A stretch of DNA of 64,000 nucleotides from Candidatus Krumholzibacteriota bacterium (GTDB lineage Bacteria > Krumholzibacteriota > Krumholzibacteriia > LZORAL124-64-63). Below are positions 60,940-64,000 of this stretch, piece after piece; within the stretch, counting starts at the first letter, position 1; each line of letters opens with the position of its first letter. The notes under the pieces were generated by a model. The model was not told the origin of the DNA and ran no database searches. It saw only the letters and a program-made list of their open reading frames with translations. The position numbers and the translations under genes are program-made. The stretch is taken from the NCBI GenBank assembly GCA_039714075.1, contig JBDLKA010000001.1:32001-96000 (forward strand), read 5' to 3'.

Positions 60940-63255
60940 GTGGCGGAAATCATCAAATGGCCAGTTGTTCTCGTGTGTCCGGGGGAAGATGAGCTTCCCC
61001 TCCTGGCGGAGCTCTCCACCCGCAGGGACGCCCGGATCCTCGCCGTGATCGATCCCGAGGGCTTTTCGGTGGGCGCCAGCCTGGCCGAGGTCATGGGCGT
61101 GCGGGTCATCAAGGACCTCGGGGAGCTGGCTCCCGGGTCCGCCACCTATCTGGTGCACCCGCCCTTGAGCGACAACATCGCCCTCATCGTCGATCAGGCG
61201 CCCGATTTCGGGTTGGAGGCGGTCAGCGCCTTCGATTTCCCCCAACTCATGGCCGGTCCCACCCTGACCGATCCCCGCTTTGCCACCGATCCCGAAAGCA
61301 GTGCCGGATTCACTCCCGGCGTCTTCACCGGAAACAGTTCACCCGAGAGAACGGATTTCGATCTTCTTGAACTGGAAACCGCGGCCATCCACCGCACCCT
61401 GAGCCGTATCGAAGAGGCTCTGGACCGCGAGGGCCTTCTTCGCTGGCTCCTGGCCTTGGCCACACGTGCGACATGCGCCGGCAGCGGATCGATCATGCTC
61501 TTCGACAGCAATTCCGATGAACTGTACGTGGCCTTCGCCTATGGTCTGAGCCAGCACACCATCCACCGGACCCGGGTCCGCATGGGGGAGGGCATCGCCG
61601 GGCAGGTGGCCGAATCGCGCAAGGCTGTCTTCATCACGGACAACAAGCATCCCGGGGCCCGGCGCGACCGCCCCGCGATTTCCGAGGCGATCTGCGCACC
61701 CATCGTCTGGGAAGGCAAGCTGCTGGGCGTCCTGAACATTTCGGCCAACGAAGGTGAAGGCCATCTGGTGGGCAACGCCCTGGCCACCATCGAAGGCCTG
61801 ACCCATCGCTTCGCCATGATCCTGAATCGTTTCCTGAGGTTGCAAACCGTCCGCGACGGCGAACTGTACCGCTATATGGAAGACGAATTCACCAAGGATA
61901 CCGGGTCTCCCGAAGCGGTGGCGGCCACCCTGTGCACCTGGGCGGAGGACCTGTGCAACGCCGCCGGGGCCGATACCGCCTCCATCGGTGTCCTGACCAA
62001 CGATGGCGACCTGTTCGTGGCGAACCCCGAAGAAACAACCTATGAATCCCCGCCGCAGCCCGAGAAAGCGGATGTTCTGGGGTCCGGGAATCCCCTGGTG
62101 CTCCGGCCGGGTGATCGTTCCCACATCGACCCCACCGACGTTTTGAGCGAAGCCACCATCTTCATCCTGCCGGTGGGCCGCGAACCCCTGAAGGCCCTGC
62201 TCACCGTGGAATTTTCCTCGGCGTCCAAGGCCCATCATTTCCATACCATAAGCGGAGAGCTCCTTTATCTGGTCAACCGCCATTTGAACGATTACCTGGA
62301 AAGAGCCGCCACCGCCGACCAGGTGGACCGCCTGACCACCCTGGCCACGGCCCTGTCCGAACTCGCGGCGGGGCCCGGCAAGCCCGGCAGCCGTGACCGG
62401 GTTCTGGCCGCCGCCTGCCGTCTTACCGGCGCGACCAAGGCCCTGCTTCTGACCGCCGAGGATGCGGCCGCCCAGGAGCCCGACAAAAAACAGGACGGCA
62501 CTCTTCAGGAAGAAGCCATCCGCCTGTTGACCGACACCGGGCAAGGTGGTTGGCAGTCGACGGTTCTCGAGACCCGTGATGAATCCGGCGAACCGGGACC
62601 TGGCCGTTCGCTGCTGGTCGTGCCCCTGGAAGGGGAAAAACCCTTCCCGGGCCTGGTATTGCTGGACAAGCGCCGGCTGCATCCCCTGGACGGAGCCAGT
62701 TTCACGGAATTCGACGCCCTGTTCGCCCGGCGCCTGCTGCCCTTGCTGTCCTTTACTTCAGGTTTGGGAGAAGCTCAGGCCGACGGGGACCTCGCAGGTC
62801 CCCCCTCCGGAACCCCTGACGGGCGGGCGGGAGACAAGGGGTCATATTCCGGCACGCAAGACGCACTGGCGGAAATCCTGCGCACGGAAATGGACCGTTG
62901 CGACCGTTACCACACCATGTTGGGCCTGGCGGCCTTCCGCATCGCCGAGCGTCACGCCGGCGCCCGGGAGGACAAGGATCCCCCCAAGGTTCCCGTGGCC
63001 GGCCTGGTGGCGGAAATCTCCCGCCGCCTGCGCAGCAGCGACCACACGGCCTCTCTCGAGGACGGGACCATCATGGTCATCGTGCCCGAGGACATCCAGT
63101 CGCTGCCCCGTCTCCAGCGCCGTGTGACCGAGGTCCTGCGCTCCCTCTCGGGGACCGACGATCTCGAGGTCCTGAGCGCCTCCCGGGTCTATCCCGGAGG
63201 AGGCGACAGCCCCGCCCAGCTCATCAATTCCGTGCTCGGAGCCCTGCCCGGTTGA
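60940..63255 (+). CDS. Multi-GAF sensor protein with an N-terminal Rossmann-like domain and a C-terminal degenerate GGDEF-like domain (alternative start at 60874)
   Basis: GAF motifs GSIMLFD, GEGIAGQVA and ICAPI...LLGVLN; C-terminal EMDRCDRY...RLRSSD-HTASL-EDGTI. Confidence 0.75.
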   Translation: MAEIIKWPVVLVCPGEDELPLLAELSTRRDARILAVIDPEGFSVGASLAEVMGVRVIKDLGELAPGSATYLVHPPLSDNIALIVDQAPDFGLEAVSAFDFPQLMAGPTLTDPRFATDPESSAGFTPGVFTGNSSPERTDFDLLELETAAIHRTLSRIEEALDREGLLRWLLALATRATCAGSGSIMLFDSNSDELYVAFAYGLSQHTIHRTRVRMGEGIAGQVAESRKAVFITDNKHPGARRDRPAISEAICAPIVWEGKLLGVLNISANEGEGHLVGNALATIEGLTHRFAMILNRFLRLQTVRDGELYRYMEDEFTKDTGSPEAVAATLCTWAEDLCNAAGADTASIGVLTNDGDLFVANPEETTYESPPQPEKADVLGSGNPLVLRPGDRSHIDPTDVLSEATIFILPVGREPLKALLTVEFSSASKAHHFHTISGELLYLVNRHLNDYLERAATADQVDRLTTLATALSELAAGPGKPGSRDRVLAAACRLTGATKALLLTAEDAAAQEPDKKQDGTLQEEAIRLLTDTGQGGWQSTVLETRDESGEPGPGRSLLVVPLEGEKPFPGLVLLDKRRLHPLDGASFTEFDALFARRLLPLLSFTSGLGEAQADGDLAGPPSGTPDGRAGDKGSYSGTQDALAEILRTEMDRCDRYHTMLGLAAFRIAERHAGAREDKDPPKVPVAGLVAEISRRLRSSDHTASLEDGTIMVIVPEDIQSLPRLQRRVTEVLRSLSGTDDLEVLSASRVYPGGGDSPAQLINSVLGALPG

Positions 63256-63333
63256 CGCGCGCCGCGCTCCTGTATAACCTTGACAGCCCATTGACTGGTA
63301 TAGGTTCCGCAGCCGCGGCCCAGAAGGATCGGT

Positions 63334-64000
63334 ATGAAAGGCAGCATGGCCAGCAAGCCCGCCAAGATCAAGGTTCTCGACAGCAGCACCATCGACCGCA
63401 TCGCGGCCGGTGAGGTCATCGAGCGACCCAGCTCCATCGTCAAGGAGCTGGTGGAAAACGCCCTGGACGCCGGCGCTTCCCAGGTGACCATCTCCATGGA
63501 AGACGGGGGTCTGACCAGACTGTCCATCGAGGACGACGGCCACGGCATTCCGTTCCGGGATCTGCCGTTGGCCTTCGAGCGTCATGCCACCAGCAAAATC
63601 GCCACGGCCGCGGACATCATGCAGGTGGCCAGTTTCGGTTTCCGCGGCGAGGCCCTGGCCAGCATCGCTTCGGTCAGCCGGGTCAAGTGCGTGAGCCGCG
63701 CCCAGGGGGAAGAGCTGGGCGGGCTGATCGAGATTGAAGGCGGCGAAATCATCCGCCGGGAGCCGGCGCCCCGCAACACCGGGACCACCATCACCATCAG
63801 CGACCTTTTCTACAATATTCCGGCCCGGCGCAAGTTCATGAAATCGGCCCAGGCCGAAAAGCGGGCCATCATGAAGCTGATGACCCAGCTCGCACTGGCC
63901 AACCAGGACGTGCGCTGGATCGTTAAATCCGGCGCCGATATCGCCATGGATCTGCGTCCGGCCGATTCGTTGACCGACCGCGCCCGCGACCTGCTGGGCT
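63334..64000 (+). CDS. mutL: DNA mismatch repair protein MutL (3' end outside the window; absent from the ORF track)
   Basis: Own translation gives KIKVLD..TIDRIAAGEVIERPSSIVKELVENALDAG, DDGHGI, RHATSKI, FGFRGEALASI, DLFYNIPARRKF. Confidence 0.97.
   Translation, partial: MKGSMASKPAKIKVLDSSTIDRIAAGEVIERPSSIVKELVENALDAGASQVTISMEDGGLTRLSIEDDGHGIPFRDLPLAFERHATSKIATAADIMQVASFGFRGEALASIASVSRVKCVSRAQGEELGGLIEIEGGEIIRREPAPRNTGTTITISDLFYNIPARRKFMKSAQAEKRAIMKLMTQLALANQDVRWIVKSGADIAMDLRPADSLTDRARDLLG

Noticed and set aside
63270..63286. CTGTATAACCTTGACAG as an E. coli-type LexA box before mutL
   Set aside because: The spacer is 9 nt instead of 8, and the site coincides with probable -10 and -35 promoter elements.

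Overview
GC-rich bacterial chromosomal segment with nearly all genes on the + strand and dense, often overlapping packing. The gene content (PorV/PorQ-like barrel, FlgD-Ig/T9SS-like C-terminal cargo domain, Big_5 lipoprotein, LapA/LapB) suggests a diderm of the FCB group, possibly a candidate phylum such as Krumholzibacteriota or Latescibacterota; this is an inference. Positions 1-9.6 kb hold the end of a flagellar cluster: flhB, flhA, an FlhF homologue with all GTPase motifs degenerate, a small membrane protein where flhG normally sits, fliA behind a sigma54-type promoter, two small hypotheticals, two HDOD proteins behind a sigma28-type promoter, and a sigma54 activator with a pseudo-receiver domain. 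Positions 9.6-24.5 kb are envelope, signalling and purine genes: PorV-like barrel, MltD/LysM, a diguanylate cyclase, comEC, purC, purH, an M6-like metalloprotease and an Slt-like protein. The rest is core housekeeping: secA, smg, topA, trmFO, xerC, hslVU, argF, dapFAB, rpsT, uvrC, xerD, trpS, scpAB, rluB, hisC, aroF, a cmk-plsC fusion, rpsA, mtaB, miaB, lapAB, a SPOR protein, mutS, a GAF/degenerate-GGDEF protein and a truncated mutL. I found no CRISPR array, rRNA, convincing tRNA, transposon or prophage. The best candidate for an undescribed system is the flagellar module built around the apparently GTPase-dead FlhF without FlhG. All calls rest on motif recognition by eye; no database searches were run.
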